Below are positions 13,041 to 26,970 of a DNA stretch of 64,000 nt, piece after piece; position 1 is the first letter of the stretch; each line of letters starts with the position of its first letter. The stretch lies in contig NC_087437.1 of assembly GCF_036321535.1 (NCBI RefSeq), forward strand, positions 118,050,001-118,114,000, read 5' to 3'. Source of the DNA: Camelus dromedarius (lineage: Eukaryota). Under the pieces are notes generated by a model. That model saw nothing but the letters and a program-made list of their open reading frames with translations. It did not search any database and was not told the origin of the DNA. The position numbers and the translations under genes were made by a program.

Positions 13041-13924
13041 AAAAAAAAAAAAACTAGTAGAACATATACAATAAACTGGTAGAATATAATATATGTATAT
13101 ATACTATTACATCTATGTTAAAATATATATTAAGTTTTTATTTCCTCTTCCGAGTTACCAGAGAAAAAACTCAGTGGCAGAAGCAAGCACATGAAACCAC
13201 TTCTAATTTTATTAAAGCCGTCATTTAACTCCAATACCAAAAGAGGGCCTTCTCCTCTTAAAATCCTTGCTCAATGCACTGAATTGAACTAAGTGGATTT
13301 GAAAGGCTGGGTCCTGGCTTCTTTGCTTCCTACCTAGTGATCATTAAACTAGCTCTTTCTTCCAACCACCATCAAGTAGGCACGGATTGGGGATCTATCA
13401 CTGTCTGTTAGAGGACAAACTGACATGTCAAGAGTAGTACACATTGAAATTTTATCTGAAAGTGGTCCGTCCAGAGAGTGAAAAACCTAGTAAAAGCTAC
13501 CCAAGTGTTGAAATAGGCCAAAAGATAAAGAATGCCTTTTATCTTCTTGTTTTTCAAAATTACAGAAAAAAATATTTAAGATGAATCGAGACATGAATTT
13601 CATTTTTAACTAAACAGAGCTTGGCAGAATGGTCCTAAGGTGCTGACTAAGCTCCACATAGGCCAAGGTATTAAGTTTTCACTCCAGAAACTTCCAGGAG
13701 GTTTTTCAGTCACCTACTTTGGGATTGAAAAGCACCCAAGATTGTTCAGCTGTGCTGATGAAGGGTGCAGAGAGTGGCTAAGTAGGGTAAGTGGTGGTCT
13801 CTCAGCATCCGCGTAACCAAACTAAGTAAAATAAAACTTCCTGAAACCTCTGTTTGCGGCACTGAGTCAAATAAGTCCTGAGTTTATTTTAAAATGTTTG
13901 AGGTGGTGAGGCAGAGTGAAGGGG

Positions 13925-14040
13925 CTTCCTCTTGGGATCAGAAGACTCAAGTTCTAGTCCTGCCTCTTCTGTTTAGGAGTGAAATCTGAGAACAAGTCCT
14001 ACACTAGCCTCAGGACCCTCTTTACTTAACAAAAGGCTGT
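13925..14040 (+). mobile_element. MIR/MIR3 fragment
   Basis: ttgggatcagaagactcaagttctagtcctgcctct...acaagtc...gcctcag. Confidence 0.55.
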
Positions 14041-15349
14041 ATTTGTTATACTGCATTTTGGAAGCCCATCTAAGCAAGTGGAGAGCAGGGCTGGGACAAA
14101 CCACTTGGAGGAACCCCAGACAAGACACTGCTGCTGAGTAATGGTCTACAAGCTGACACAGGGCGTCAGCCAAATCATAGATTAACGTCATGCTGACATG
14201 TACAAAAGTTAACGAATGAAACGTTGAGATGGATGAAATGATGTTGAAATGGGTAAACTAATGAGAAGTTAGGAAAGAGCCTGGCTTTATTGAATGTCTA
14301 TGAAGTACTGAGCCCTACACTTGGTCCTTTGTGTACTTGACCTCATTCACTTACAAACAGAACCCCATCAGAATACCAGCCCTCCTTTAAGGAAACGGCC
14401 AGTATCACCCAGCTGGATCCCAAAGCCAAGCCAATATCCAGCCTCAACCTTGCCACTCAACTTGACTCAACCAATATCCTTTTTCTGAGCTGCCCTGCCC
14501 CCTGCTTTCTACCTCTCACACACTGAGATTAAAAAAAATTTATGAAAAGATCAGTAAAATACTGCATAGTCTTTACAAATCCCTTTGCTGATAAAAACTG
14601 TGTTTTCATCAAAATTGCTACCAAGTGAGGTGGGCCCTGGCCACTCCCCTTCTCCTCACTCAACGCGCTGTCCCCACCTACCGCGCGGCATGCACCGTGT
14701 AGTGCTTTTCTAGAGCTCTAGGTGCCGAGGTATATGATGACTGCAGCCACCCCTCAAAGGTGAGGGCCAGGGCCTCGGGTCCACAAGACAGGGACACGCA
14801 AGGTGACTGGTGGGGGAGGGGGTGTGGCAGGTGGATGGCAGGCTCCAGGCAGCCTGAGCTACACCACCCAGTCACCAGGCCTCAGCTCTCTTACTCTGAG
14901 CTTTATAGATGAGAGGGGAGAGCGCTGAGGGTCCCTCACACCCCACTAAGTGTTCGTCAGGGCCCAGACTTCCCAAACAGAGGGTGTTTCCAACCACACT
15001 CATCTTCTGATGGGTGGGCCAGCAAATCAAGGTGGGGGTGAAATCAGCAAACTGGGAGAAAGGTGTGCTCCTGAGGATCACGGCATAGAAGGTTGTCCTT
15101 CCACTCAGACATGAACACCTGCCCAGTCCCCGGGGAGCTGCCATTGTCACAGGCCTGAGGAACACTTTGTGCAAGGGCAGCACCCGGGGGAGTTGAGACC
15201 CAGAGAGGCCAAAGCCCCAACTCCAAAGGGAGCTGGTGAGGCCGCCCTGGGGTCGTATGGCCGCCGCCTCCTGTCCACCCCATCAGGCCCAGTAAGCCGG
15301 TGGGGACTGTAGTGATCAGGACCAAGTCAGGACCAGAGGAGCTCCTTAT

Positions 15350-15945
15350 GTTATCTCAACAGAGAGATTAATGCCAAGAACTGTCAACCAGCTACTGGAG
15401 AACAGGAAAGGCCCAGGGGAGATGCTGCAGCTTCAGAGAGTTGTAACCGCGGGGCTGAGAGAATGAAAGGAAACTAACTGGAACCCAGAGGCCTGAGGAA
15501 AGGACCCATGGCGCTGGACATACAAGGTGACATCCTGGTGGCTGGCAGATGCTGGAACCTCGGGAGCTCAGAAGAGGGACCTTGTAAATTCAGACCTCTG
15601 AACAGAGGAGGCAGCTGGCTGACATTTGCATCCCAAGAGGGTGCAACGAGGGTGACTTTGCAAGTGTAGAGTGGAAGCCCTGCAGGCTGAAACTGAGTGT
15701 GGACTGACCCACCACTGCTGGGCAATGTTGAGGTTCCACTGACCCAAACTGGAGCCCGTGAGTGGGATGTGCCCCATCTTTGCCTCTCTGCCAGCCTCGC
15801 AGACAACACAGGTGGCCCTGATGGGCAGAGCCCAACAGAGCAGCTTGTGAAAGGGAAGGGGGTTTGTAGAACCCCAGCCTTAGCACCACAGTGCAGAACA
15901 GAGAGGGTGGAGATGAAGCAGTTAGTCAGAGAAACAGCATGGTCC
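15350..15945 (-). mobile_element. ERVL-class LTR, LTR33-like (left boundary uncertain)
   Basis: ggtttgtagaaccccagccttagcaccacagtgcagaacagagagggtggagat resembles the reverse complement of the LTR33 5' end as I recall it. Confidence 0.5.
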
Positions 15946-15964
15946 AGCTGACTGCCGCTGGGCC

Positions 15965-16543
15965 TGAGCACTAGTTTTCCGTCGCTGTGGACAAAGCCTC
16001 GCCAGCTCAGAAGCTTACCGGCACACCCACTGTGGGCTCGGGGCGCTGCCCGTCGGGTCCTGCACGCCCTGGAGGGGCTCTCTGCTCAGGAGAGCAGGCT
16101 GAAGTCAAGGTGATAGCCAGGCTGCTGTCTCAGGGGGAGGCTCTGGGCAAAACTCCACTCCCAAGCTCTTTTTTGTTGTTGGCAGTACTCAGTCTCTTGA
16201 GGTTTTTGGCACTGAGGCCTCTGTTTTCTTGCTGGTTGTCAGCTGGAGGCTGTTCTCAGCTCCTAGAGGTCACCCTTGCCATGTGGCCCTCTCCCAAAAA
16301 TTTCTTCTCATGCTCTGTCTGACCTCCAGTACAAGTTTAAAGGTCAGGCTTATACCGATAATCTCCCTACCCAAGGTCAGCTTACTTGGGACCTTAATCA
16401 CATCCACAAAATCCTCTTTGCCACTGGATGTAACAATCACAGGAGAGAGCTCTCATCATCCTCAGGGGTCCTCCCACTCAAAGGGAGGAAATCATACACG
16501 GGAAAGGGTCTTTATAGGTCACCTTAGAATTCTGCCGGCCACA
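15965..16543 (-). mobile_element. MaLR LTR, MLT1E/F-like
   Basis: aggctgaagtcaaggtg...gttgttggcag...ttcttgctggttgtcagctggagg...ccttgccatgtggccctctcc...gggaccttaatcacatccacaaaatcctctttgcca...ccttagaattctgccggccaca. Confidence 0.8.
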
Positions 16544-16680
16544 AGAAGCATGTAGGAAATCCCTTCTGTTCTTTTAATTTAAAGAGTGAGAATTCACGGG
16601 GAATTTTACCAGGTATTCCAAGTGGGCCCAAGCTAAGTTCTGGTCAAAGGTAAAGCTAAATTCTTAGAAGAAATGCACTT

Positions 16681-16896
16681 AGATCTTGAATATAGTTCCC
16701 TGTGCTATACAGTAGGTCCTTGTTTATCTGCTTTATATATAGAATTGTGTATATGTTCCTATGTTCAACATCTTGCAATAACCTATAACGGAAAAGAATC
16801 TGAAAAGAATGTATATGTGTCACTGAATCACGATGCTGTACACCTGAAACTAACCCAACACTGTAAATCAACTACACTTCAATTAAAAAAAAAAAC
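16681..16896 (+). mobile_element. Short L1 3' end with 5' inversion (twin-priming structure)
   Basis: 16681-~16757 is antisense L1 3'UTR, ~16759-16896 is sense L1 3'UTR plus A tail; flanked by agaaatgcacttagatc / agaaaagctctcagatc. Confidence 0.85.
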
Positions 16897-18744
16897 AGAA
16901 AAGCTCTCAGATCAAAACTTAGACCACTTGAAATATTTCGAATAAGATGTTAAATTGTGGGGCAAGGGAAGCTCTGTAGCAGTATTTTGTAGCCTCTGGG
17001 TAATCTCAGCAGAGGCGGTGAGGGACAAGTATGCTGTGTGTGGGTAGGAGTTGGGCTGGCCACACCTACTGCTTCCCTGCATGTGGAAGCTGCACCCTGC
17101 AAGCTGGTCGTAGGTCAGGTTTTAAACAACAAGGACGAGTCTTCTTACTTAGCTATTCTGCACGATGGAGAGGCAAGGCTAACGATGAGGACCAGCGCTA
17201 CCCAGCTCCAGAACTTGCTGCCACCATCCTGTCCTCAGAGGAGCATCAGGGCTCCAAAAGTGGAAAGAGAAACAGACAAACAGAAAGCGGAAGTTCCTAA
17301 AGAGAGAGCCAGAAGAATCACAGCAGCCGTTTCCCCAGCCCCAGACCCATCCAAAGTAGGAGGTGAACCCTTAGTTCTACAGTGAGAGTCGGGACGGGTG
17401 GGCTTCAGCACATGACATCCCAGTGTGAGCAGCACCTAGAGTCTGCCTGTTGTCCTGAAATCCTGTGTGTTAGAAATATCATCTTTAAGCATCGAATATT
17501 CTGTATATGAATATTCAGTCATTCCCTCTGTATGCTGTTGCCAAAGGTTAACTGCTTCATGTACTTTCCATCTGAACCAGATCTCAAACTATATTTAAAT
17601 CTAACAGCCCTGACCAAATCTGAGGAATAATTCTTTCATTCTTTGTTTTTAATTTAGAGGAATTGGCACTTGGACAATCTTTATGCATTTTCACCTTTTT
17701 ACGTACCTTGGCGAACTAATTTCACTATGATGTGTACCATACAGATAGTCTTGAGATGCGTAGTGTTCTTAAAAAGCTTTCTCTTCGCCCAACATAGTTA
17801 CAAGCATTATTTCCTATGCTTAAGGACTCCTGGAGTATCGCAGCGGTTTTCATAAAAGTACATTACAGATCATCTGCAGTCTCCTAATTTTTTTTTTTAG
17901 TCTAGGATTAAGGATGCAAATCCAACCCGGAAATTGAACCATTCCTAAACTGCATTATTGTTTATCTGATTACTGCTCAAAACCATCTGCACTTAATTGT
18001 AAGACAACAAATCTTTTAACAATCAGCGAGGATTAAAGAACAGAGCCTCTTAGGAACAGTCTGTATGGATAGAATTTAAGCACAGAAGTAACAGCACATA
18101 TCCCAACATTTCTTTCTAGATTTTAAAACTCCATCAAGAGTTGTTGTTGGTGTATCTGAGTAGTGCCATTGTGGAAGTACTGGACGGCTTGTCTTGTATT
18201 TGTATCCCAGAAGGGACACACACACCACCTCAGGATCAACTCTGCCCTTCTGAGAATTTGCAGTGAGCTCTAGAGACCAACACAGTAACAGCATCTCATT
18301 CAAAACAGCATTTCATCCGGAAGGGCTGGTGGTGACATGGCAGGAGTCTGCCGTGGCTTCTGTGAGTGGAAAGGACACATTCTGTGTGGAAGTTCTGGAG
18401 CTGTGTGAGGAAGGGAGGCCTCTGCATTAGAACACGTAACACAGGAAAATACATATTTTATTCTCTTAACTGCAAACAAATAAGGTATACTTTTTATATT
18501 ATTAAACCAAATCCATATTCAGCTCTCCTCTAACCAATCCTTGCTCTTCTCACCACGTATTGTGGAAAGATATTGAAACGCTACTCATTCTTAATTCTCA
18601 GGACAGTCTTCACCCAAGAATATATTGGAAACACTTGCCAGTAATTTCTATTTCAGTTCTCAAATCCAGTTGAACCTGTAACTTTTTTCTTCTGTATTTT
18701 TTTTTAACCATGCTAAGGCAAAATCTTATTATCACTGAAATAAG

Positions 18745-18900
18745 ACTATTAGAAATGAAAGGTCCCCAAGAGATTGCTTAGTCCAATTTCCTCATTTAAC
18801 ACATGATGAAACAGAGGTCCAAGGAGTTACCTGATTTGCCTGGGCCACAGGAAGTGGCAAAGCCAAGCCAGGAGGAAACCAAAAGAATCCCCAATCCCTC
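18745..18900 (-). mobile_element. MIR/MIR3 SINE
   Basis: tagtccaatttcctcatttaacacatgatgaaacagaggtccaaggag...tgatttgcctgggccacag...agtggcaaagcc. Confidence 0.7.
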
Positions 18901-18994
18901 ACGAGAGTGCTTGTCATCTTGTCATTTGCAGAAGTTGATTTTTTTTAATTTTTAAAATTTGATTGTTAGGTATTTTTGTTTGGGTTTTTTTGAT

Positions 18995-19212
18995 TGTTTT
19001 TACTGAAGTATAGTCAGTTTACAATGTTGTGTCCATTTCTGGTGTACAGCATCATGTTTCAGTCATACATGTACTGACATGTATTTCTTTTCCTATTCTT
19101 TTTCCTAATAGGTTACTACAAGGGTATTGAATATAGTTCCCTGTGCTGTACAGTAGGACCTTGTTGTTCACCTATTTTATATACAGCACTTAGTATCTAC
19201 AAATCTCAAACT
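18995..19212 (-). mobile_element. 5'-truncated L1 3' end
   Basis: ttttactgaagtatagtcagtttacaatgttgtgtccatttctggtgtacagc...attgaatatagttccctgtgctgtacagtaggacc. Confidence 0.9.
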
Positions 19213-19829
19213 AGTTTGTTTTTTATGATAATAATACAAATTATTGTGTTGAGTTAATTTTTAAAGTTCTGGAACATAATTGCAAACTGAACAAAACTGG
19301 TCCATTTTGCAGTAAAGTCTTATTTAGGTAGAAGTTCCAGGGGAAAGGGTAGCTATCATTTTTAAAATTTGAAGACAAGATGATTTCAACGTATCGTGAA
19401 GCCTGTCACTGACTGTAGAAACTTTTGCTCCTGGCCAGTTCTGAGGAGGATGTTCCTGTGTGAACCCAGCCTCAAGGCCCCTCAAGTCTCTAACCATGTG
19501 GGCAGTTCTGGGGAAATCAGGCCAATTTTGACAGTCATCTGGTCAAAAATAACTGGAATTCCATTGTGTACTGAATATGATATTGAGTAAAGAAGATAAA
19601 CAGAAATCCTCACACAGAAAATTATACAGAGATGGTTACTCCACTCATATAGAAATATACACAGTCCTCATAATATTCCACTGAATTCTGTTTTTAAAAA
19701 TTACAGAAGTTATTTATCTTTTTAGGTGTACTTGAAAGATAGCAGACCAAATTACATGTGAAATATTAAATGTATTTTGGTAACTTTCTTTAGGTTACTA
19801 AGTGTAATCTCTCTGTTCCCATAAATATC

Positions 19830-20024
19830 TCATAGCTTTCTGTAACAATTAACACATTGTATTGGAATTTATCACTTAGTACATTGTGCTGGAATTATGT
19901 ATTTAATTTTTAGTTTCCTCTGTTTACACTGTGAGAAACTTAAGGACAGTGTCTGAATTATTTTTCAGCACCTAGAACCAAGCCCACATCTTCGCACATT
20001 CCATACATGGTTGGTAAATGATGG

Positions 20025-20057
<33 letters not shown>

Positions 20058-20075
20058 ATGAGTGAGCGAATGAAA
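19830..20075 (+). mobile_element. L2 3' end fragment with expanded tail
   Basis: actgtgagaaacttaaggacagtgtctg...cagcacctagaacc...taaatgatggaat followed by (AATC)n and gaatgaa. Confidence 0.55.
20025..20056 (+). repeat. (AATC)8 microsatellite
   Basis: Eight perfect AATC units. Confidence 0.95.
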
Positions 20076-22744
20076 TGATAAATAGCTTATATTCCAAAAC
20101 ACTTCATGGTTTTTAAATTGCTGATGTGCACTTTTTTAAATGCAATATTCAAGCACTGCTGTCCCCACTTAGACTAACCTGACAAGGCTGGGTGACTAGC
20201 TCAGGTTTGCATTGCTACTACATGAAATGGCATGAGAAAGCCAGATCTAAAATCCAAGCAGTTCTCCATCTGCCCAGGGAACCCAGGAAAGGTAAGAGAG
20301 CATAAAACACACAGACCTGGACTCAAGCAGATATTTTATAGCAGCATATAAAAGTGTTTCAACGGTAAAACGCCAAGAGCAGTAATCATTCCTCACTACC
20401 AGAAACCTATTACTGATCACTTGTATGGTACTGAGCTACTGAAGACACTATTTAATTGGCTTCTGAAATGTGCTTAAAATCAAGATTCAGTTGAAGTAGC
20501 ACTTTTTAATAATGCCAAAATAAGAATCAGAATGAAAATTTGATCACTGGTCCAAATAAAATTCTATTTGGTTATAGAAAGTGACATATTAATTTAATTG
20601 TCTCATATAAAATAATTATTCCAAATGTGAGTGAAAGACACTTTGGCAAACTTTAAACCAGGTTTTGTTCTAACAGTAGAAAATGTATTAGTTGGGTGAG
20701 AGAGGTATCAATTGGATAATATTGTTAGATATGAAGTCACATTTCTGTCATTAAGAAAAACAGAATGTATAGAATGAAAAGTGGTATATAACATTTGCTT
20801 CAATTTGCTCCCGACTATTTTCCATCTCTACTCTATAGAATCACTACCTTTAAGGAAAGACATATGTCTGATTTTAATGCTGGTATAAAATTCAGGAGAT
20901 GAGATTATTTACACAGGAATCTCACAAGTACTACTAGTGAGATGCCAGAAAGATCCAACGTGGATTGATAGAGTTGTTTTGTTTGTGTTTCTGTTTGTTT
21001 TGTTGCCTTTGTTTTTGGTGTCAAATTGAAAAAATCATCACCAACACCAATGTCAAGGAAATATATGTATATTTAAATATAGTTACATCTCTCTAGATAC
21101 ACAGCATCTCTCTCTATATATTATTGAGGCATAACTGATATATAACATTGTATTAGTTTCAGTGGTGCAATAGTATTTAACTACAAGTATTAGGTTTACC
21201 TGATTCGTGGTTTGACAGTATTTTGATATACAGTTGCATTTCACCTTTGTGCCCTTGGGCACATAGGACAATATTTTTAAAAGACCTTGTGTTTTTGTAT
21301 AGATGATACAAGTCTACCTAAATGACTAGTATCCAAGGATCATTAGATACATGAATGCCCATCCCTTTCTTCAATATTTTTATCACTGAGAAAAGTATGT
21401 CACTTAATACTTCCTTTATCAGTTATGGCTAAATTAATCTAAGTTAATTGTATTTATCAACTACAGATTCCTATCCAGTGGGTCAGTTTGTAGCAAGAAA
21501 TGGGACTGTGTTTGCAAGTAAAGAAAATCCAGCCTGCAAACTGACAACCAAGTGATCCAGGGTCCCACCAGACATTTCTCATTTACAGCAAGACAGAAAC
21601 ACTGACAGTTCTCTTAGTAGCATAAACATTGATAAAAACAAATATTGGAAGATTTCTTCTTTACATTTATTCTCAAAGAGGCAGTCCTCTTTCTCTCTGT
21701 AAATTGTGAGACACTTTCAATGCTATTTTTTACCAAGTTTTCATTCCTTTCCAAAAACCACCCTGGTTATTTTATCGCCTTTGGAAATCTAAACCTTGAT
21801 TGTTCTTAGCAGCACATGGAGAAATGTCCTTCACTAGGGACACCAGGATAAAGTGAATTTATGAACCCATACATAGATCTGATAAGCAGGCAGAAATCAT
21901 CTTTATCGTGTACATAAAACAATGCCTGATTAAAGGACAACCACATTCTTCCCTGACAACCTGTCTGTGTCACTCCAGAAAAAAAAAAAAAAAGGCTTTC
22001 TTTTTAAAGGCAACCTTACAAGAAACTTAACTTTAAAATGGAAAACTATAAAATATAAAGGTAAGAGATGTGATTAAGCAAGGAAGTCACAAATATTTAG
22101 GAATATTTGGAGAATAAACTCTGACAGTTAAGGACAGTACAGTGACAACAAATGATTATAAGCAGAATAAGAAGGTAAGAGAAATGGATGCACATTTTGA
22201 GCACTTCACAGGATCCACAGTCTTGCCAACCTTTAAGAGTGAATTCAGACCTTCTTAAGTGAAACAGACTTCAGTAGATCTTGGCTCCAAAGTCATGTTT
22301 AGAATTTGAGATTTATCATAATTATATGCAAAATAACTAAAGAAGTAAAACCATGTTCTACTTGGTGATGGCCAAGATGAGTGCCTTGGTCAGCACCTTT
22401 TATAATGGGAGGAGAAGGAAAAAAGGAATGAGATAAATGTTACCCTGTGTTTTGTTTCTTATAGGAATTAAGAAAACTATTAACAGAAAAAGCAATTTTA
22501 AACCAACAATTAGTAAGAAAAAGATGGAAACAAAACTATGGTCCTTGAATGACTGACTACATGGCAGAAGAAAATGAGTGAGAAGTGATTTTTTCAAATG
22601 GTATTGGCAAGTCAGTGAACAAATGCATGGCTGAGTTTCATAATAATATTTTTAAAGTACTAATATCTCACTGCTTGTATATGAAAAAAATCACATTTAT
22701 ACATCTTTTTTAAGATTAATATGCACAAACATACATTTTTAAGA

Positions 22745-22794
<50 letters not shown>
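22745..22794 (+). repeat. (TG)5(TA)20 compound microsatellite
   Basis: Directly visible. Confidence 0.95.
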
Positions 22795-22796
<2 letters not shown>

Positions 22797-23281
22797 AAAC
22801 ATATATACGTGTTTATTTTTCAAACGGTCAGTAAGATGAAATAATCCCTGAAAAAAGAAGTCAAGTCCTAACCAGCAGACAGGTTCAAAGGCAGAGGGTC
22901 TCCAAGTTTCAGCTGGGAGCCTGAGTCCATATCCCTATCCTTTTCTAAGACTCTGTGTGTGTTTGTGTGCGTGTGCGTGTGCGTGTTCGTGCTGGGAGGA
23001 GAGCTGACCTAGGCTTCACATTTTTAGACTTCTCTGGGTGATTATTAACACTTTGAGAAACCAATGTTTCAAAGATGTCAAAAACTCAACCTGAATTTTG
23101 CTACGACCTAGGCACCCAGCAACTTTCACTTTGAGGAGCACAAATCTCATCCCCACCCCACCGCCCACTCCAAGGCAGGCCAGGTCACCTCAAGTGGAGG
23201 GGCGCTCTTCTCCAGACAGCCCCTCCAACTGCCTTCTCCTGCTTCCAATGAGAAATATTCCCTTATCTGACCATGACTTCC

Positions 23282-23295
23282 CAGCAAGGGGGCGA
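23282..23295 (+). promoter_or_regulatory. Candidate CTCF site
   Basis: CAGCAAGGGGGCGA fits the CTCF core (CCxSxAGRKGGCR) with a tolerated C>A change; motif match only. Confidence 0.35.
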
Positions 23296-23652
23296 TGCTA
23301 GGGAAATTAATATGTGCTGTCCTCCGACCAGGCCTGCTGATTTCAGCTTCTGAGTTCTGTCAGCTCAGTAGGGGAGCTGGGGGGGGGTCTGTGCAGCTAA
23401 AGGCTTAGCTCCTGCCCCAGGGCTCCCCAATTTCCTCTCCAGCCTTTCTGCAGCACTGAGTAAAAAATGACCTGGTTTCTGACTTCCTCGTTGGCTAATT
23501 TTGAGGATTCCCACTGCGATTTTTTTCTCTGTTGGAGTTTTTTCCCAGTGGGATCATAAAGCAGGAGTGGCAGGGAGCAACATTTTACTTCCCTGTCTAT
23601 CAATTAAATCAACTCAAATATTACTATCAGAATTGGTCTCATTTTGTTAACC

Positions 23653-24078
23653 TTTTTTAAAAAATTAAGCTATAGTTAGTTTACAATATTGCGTTAGTCT
23701 CAGGCAAACTGCAAAGTGATTCAGTTATATATACATAAACATATACCAGGAGATATATATAATCTTTTTCAGATTATTTTCCATTATAGGTTATTACAAG
23801 TTATTGAATATAGTTCCCTGTGCTATACATTAAATCTTTATTGCTTATCTATTTTATATATAGTAATGTGTACCTGTTAATCCCATACTCCTAATTTATC
23901 CCTCCCCGTCTTTCCTCTTTGGTAACCATAAGTTCGCTTTCTGTGTCTGTGAGTCTGTTCCTGTTTTGTAAGTAAGTTCATCCGTATTGTTTTTTAGATT
24001 CCACACATGAGATATCATACAATATGTGTCTTTTTCTATCTGATTTACTTAGTGTGGTTAATACCTAGGTCCATCCAT
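23653..24078 (-). mobile_element. 5'-truncated L1 3' end (cetartiodactyl-type)
   Basis: tatagttagtttacaatattgcgttagtctcagg...gcaaagtgattcagttata...attgaatatagttccctgtgctatac...tggtaaccataagtt...tagattccacacatgagatatcatac. Confidence 0.9.
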
Positions 24079-24317
24079 TATTTTCTTTTAATAAAGGCAA
24101 CAGCTGACAATCTGTTACCCTTGTCTCTTGGGCATCAGAATACAGTCAAGAAAAGAAAAATATTTATCTTCCACCTCACGCTACCAAAACAAATTAGAAT
24201 CACTTGAACTAACAGTTTTTGGAAGCCATATTAAAATATTCTTTTTAATTATTATTTTTTCCTTTATTTCTCCTGTGCCACTTAACAAACTATCACTAAG
24301 AGAATGAGAAAAATATA

Positions 24318-24534
24318 CAGTTGACCCTTGAACAAGGCAGGGGTTAGGGACCCTGCCTCCCTGCACAGTCCAAAATCTGAATATAATTTACAGTTGGCCC
24401 TCCAGATCTGTGGTTCTGTGTCCATGGATTGAACTAATCATGGATTGTGTAGAACCACAGTATTTACTATTGAAAAAAATCCAAGTGTAAGTGGACCCAC
24501 ACAATTCAAACTTGTGTTGTTCAAGGGTCGCCTG
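24318..24534 (+). mobile_element. MER8 (Tigger2-derived TcMar MITE)
   Basis: Terminal inverted repeats cagttgacccttgaacaa ... ttgttcaagggtcgcctg with TA on both sides. Confidence 0.9.
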
Positions 24535-26334
24535 TATACATAAGAACGCATCTGAAACTGCGGTTCTTGTTCCTTCTGCTTTGCTGTAAAGTACAGACAG
24601 CCCTGTAAGTTGGTATCTTTGGGTGTGTGTAGGGGTATCAGTAGGAAGTGCCCATTATAGAAAACGATGAAAATTCCCCACATGAGGGTGAAGAAGCAGA
24701 ACTCATTAGAAGTCCATGTTGTAGTTCTGGGGCCTGAGGATCTCATTTACACAACAGATAAAATTTTGCAAGTATAAAATATCAATGGTTCAAGACATAC
24801 AAGTCATATGAAAGTCATCTTATTACTCCTGAAATGGAGCAGCACAAAGATTCTCTAGCACCTTGTCACTCCCTATAAAGGCTGTATTTCTGCTTTCAAA
24901 ATTTTCTGCTTTTTAGACTCAACACTTTGGCCAAATTCTCATCCACTATTGCTCTTGGAACAGTAAGATGAGAAGGTGTCACAACCACGTGGCAGGCTTC
25001 CCCGTGAGTTCACATACGTCGCCTCAACACACGGAAGGCTCCTATGTGCATCAATGGAATAAGGTGCCTGTGAAGTAGGACGTGCCTGGAAAACCTCAGA
25101 GCAGGACTGGAAAAAAAGCAGTCAGGAAGGCCAAAGGGCTCTTCCAGGGACTCCTGCTTTGGGTGGGGAGCTGGAGGGTGCCATCTGGAAATCCCTGGCT
25201 AGCTCCAAATTCCATGACCCCATGTTTCCGTGACTAGCCACAAGCACCTTGAGGCTGACATCTGTCCCATGCTGAACCAGGTGAAGACATGAGTGTTTTC
25301 AGTCTCCCACTGTTAATCTTATACTAAGTCCTCACTGTTTGTGGGGATTACACTAGGTGTCAGGGGTTGACAAACACTGATAAATGCTTCTTTGGGGAAA
25401 GAAAGAAAAATCTGCAATAGCCAACTTTGACGCTGCCAACAGTAGATTGAATGGCAGAGTATAATAGCTAAGGATTCAGATTTTGGATTGATAAGGAGAT
25501 GATGGTCTGTAGCCTAGGCGGGGTGACCCTCATTTCCATACCTGCCTCATGACCTGAGCTAAAGGTGGTGATAACTAGTCAAAAATGGAACCCTTGTTGG
25601 AAACCGTTTAGTCGTTCAGACTAAATATGCATGTACTCAGCACTCCCTTGTGACAACATATTCCACACACAACAGTTCTTTTCAGGGGTACACAAATCCC
25701 CAGAAAGTACAATCTACAGAAAGTGTGTTCTCATGCACATGTTAAATACATGTCATTCATTTTCTCACAGGCAGAAAGTTCGTAGGAAGAACGTAAACCA
25801 CCCTGTTTTTATTTAAGTCTGTTTCAGCTAGCTCTGTTTACACAGTGACAGATCACTGCTTTCAGGGCTGCTATTGGAGACCATTTATATGGTCACCCTT
25901 CAGCTTTTGTTTGGTGAAATGACACCTCATTTCCTCTATTTCCTCTGGCTTTTCTTTAAATGGTTTACATCTTAGTAAAACATGGGATTTGTGGAGGACT
26001 GTCACAGGGAAACGGTCTTCTTTTCTTTCTCTCTTTTTTCCAAATCTTAGTTCAAAATCCCAGATCTCACAATGACACTCTTTCATGAAATAGAGTAATG
26101 ACGAAAGCAAATGGACAAAGTAGTTGATTCCATTTTTGGAGACGAGAAGGCATATACAGGCAGTTACTAAAATTGCTTCAGAAATTAACAGAACTAGTAG
26201 TAAAAGTACTAAGGGAGCCTCGATTTGGGAGCCCTTTGTGTATATTTTGATTTTTTAAAACAACATCTAGGCATATTTCACTTTTTAAACTGTTCATTTT
26301 ACATACTTTTCATTATTTAAAAGGGACTTCAATT

Positions 26335-26970
26335 ATAGTTGCCAAATCTTAGAAGCAATCAAGATATCCTTCAGCTTGAAGGGATAAATAAACTGGTACA
26401 TCCAGACAATGGACGTATTAATCAGTGATAAAAAGGAAACTATCAAGCCGTGAAAAGACAGATATGAAACTTAAATGCATATTATTAAATGAAAGAAACC
26501 AATCTGAAAAGACCATGAACTGGATGATTCCAACTCCATGACATTCTGGAAAAGGCAAAATTACAGAGAGAGTAAAAAGATTAGTGGTTGCCAACAGCTG
26601 GGGGTGAGGGAAGGGAGGGAATGAAACGGGTAACAGAGGATTTTAGGACACTGAAATGATTTTTTTGGGTACTGTAATGGTAGAAACATGTTATTGTACA
26701 ATTTTCCAAACCTACAGAAATTACAGCACCAAGAGAGAACCCGGATGTAAACTACGGACTCTGGAGGACAATGATGAACTGATGTAGGTTCACGGATTGT
26801 AACAAATGCACCACTTTAATGGGGACGTTGACCCTGGGGGAGGCTGGGTGTGTGTCGGAGCAGAGAGTATATGGAAATTCTCTGTACCTTCCCCTCCGTA
26901 CCTTCTACTTCTCCTTCTTAATTTTGAGTGAACCTAAAACTGCTCAGAAATATAAAGTCTTTAAATAAAA
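26335..26970 (+). mobile_element. Ancient L1 (L1MC-like) 3' end
   Basis: ataaataaactggtacatccagacaatgga...tgacattctggaaaaggcaaaa...ttagtggttgcca...tgtaacaaatgcaccact...tgaacctaaaactgctc...taaagtc. Confidence 0.85.

Noticed and set aside
15474..16555. Cluster of 70-165 aa ORFs
   Set aside because: They lie inside LTR33-like and MLT1 LTR remnants
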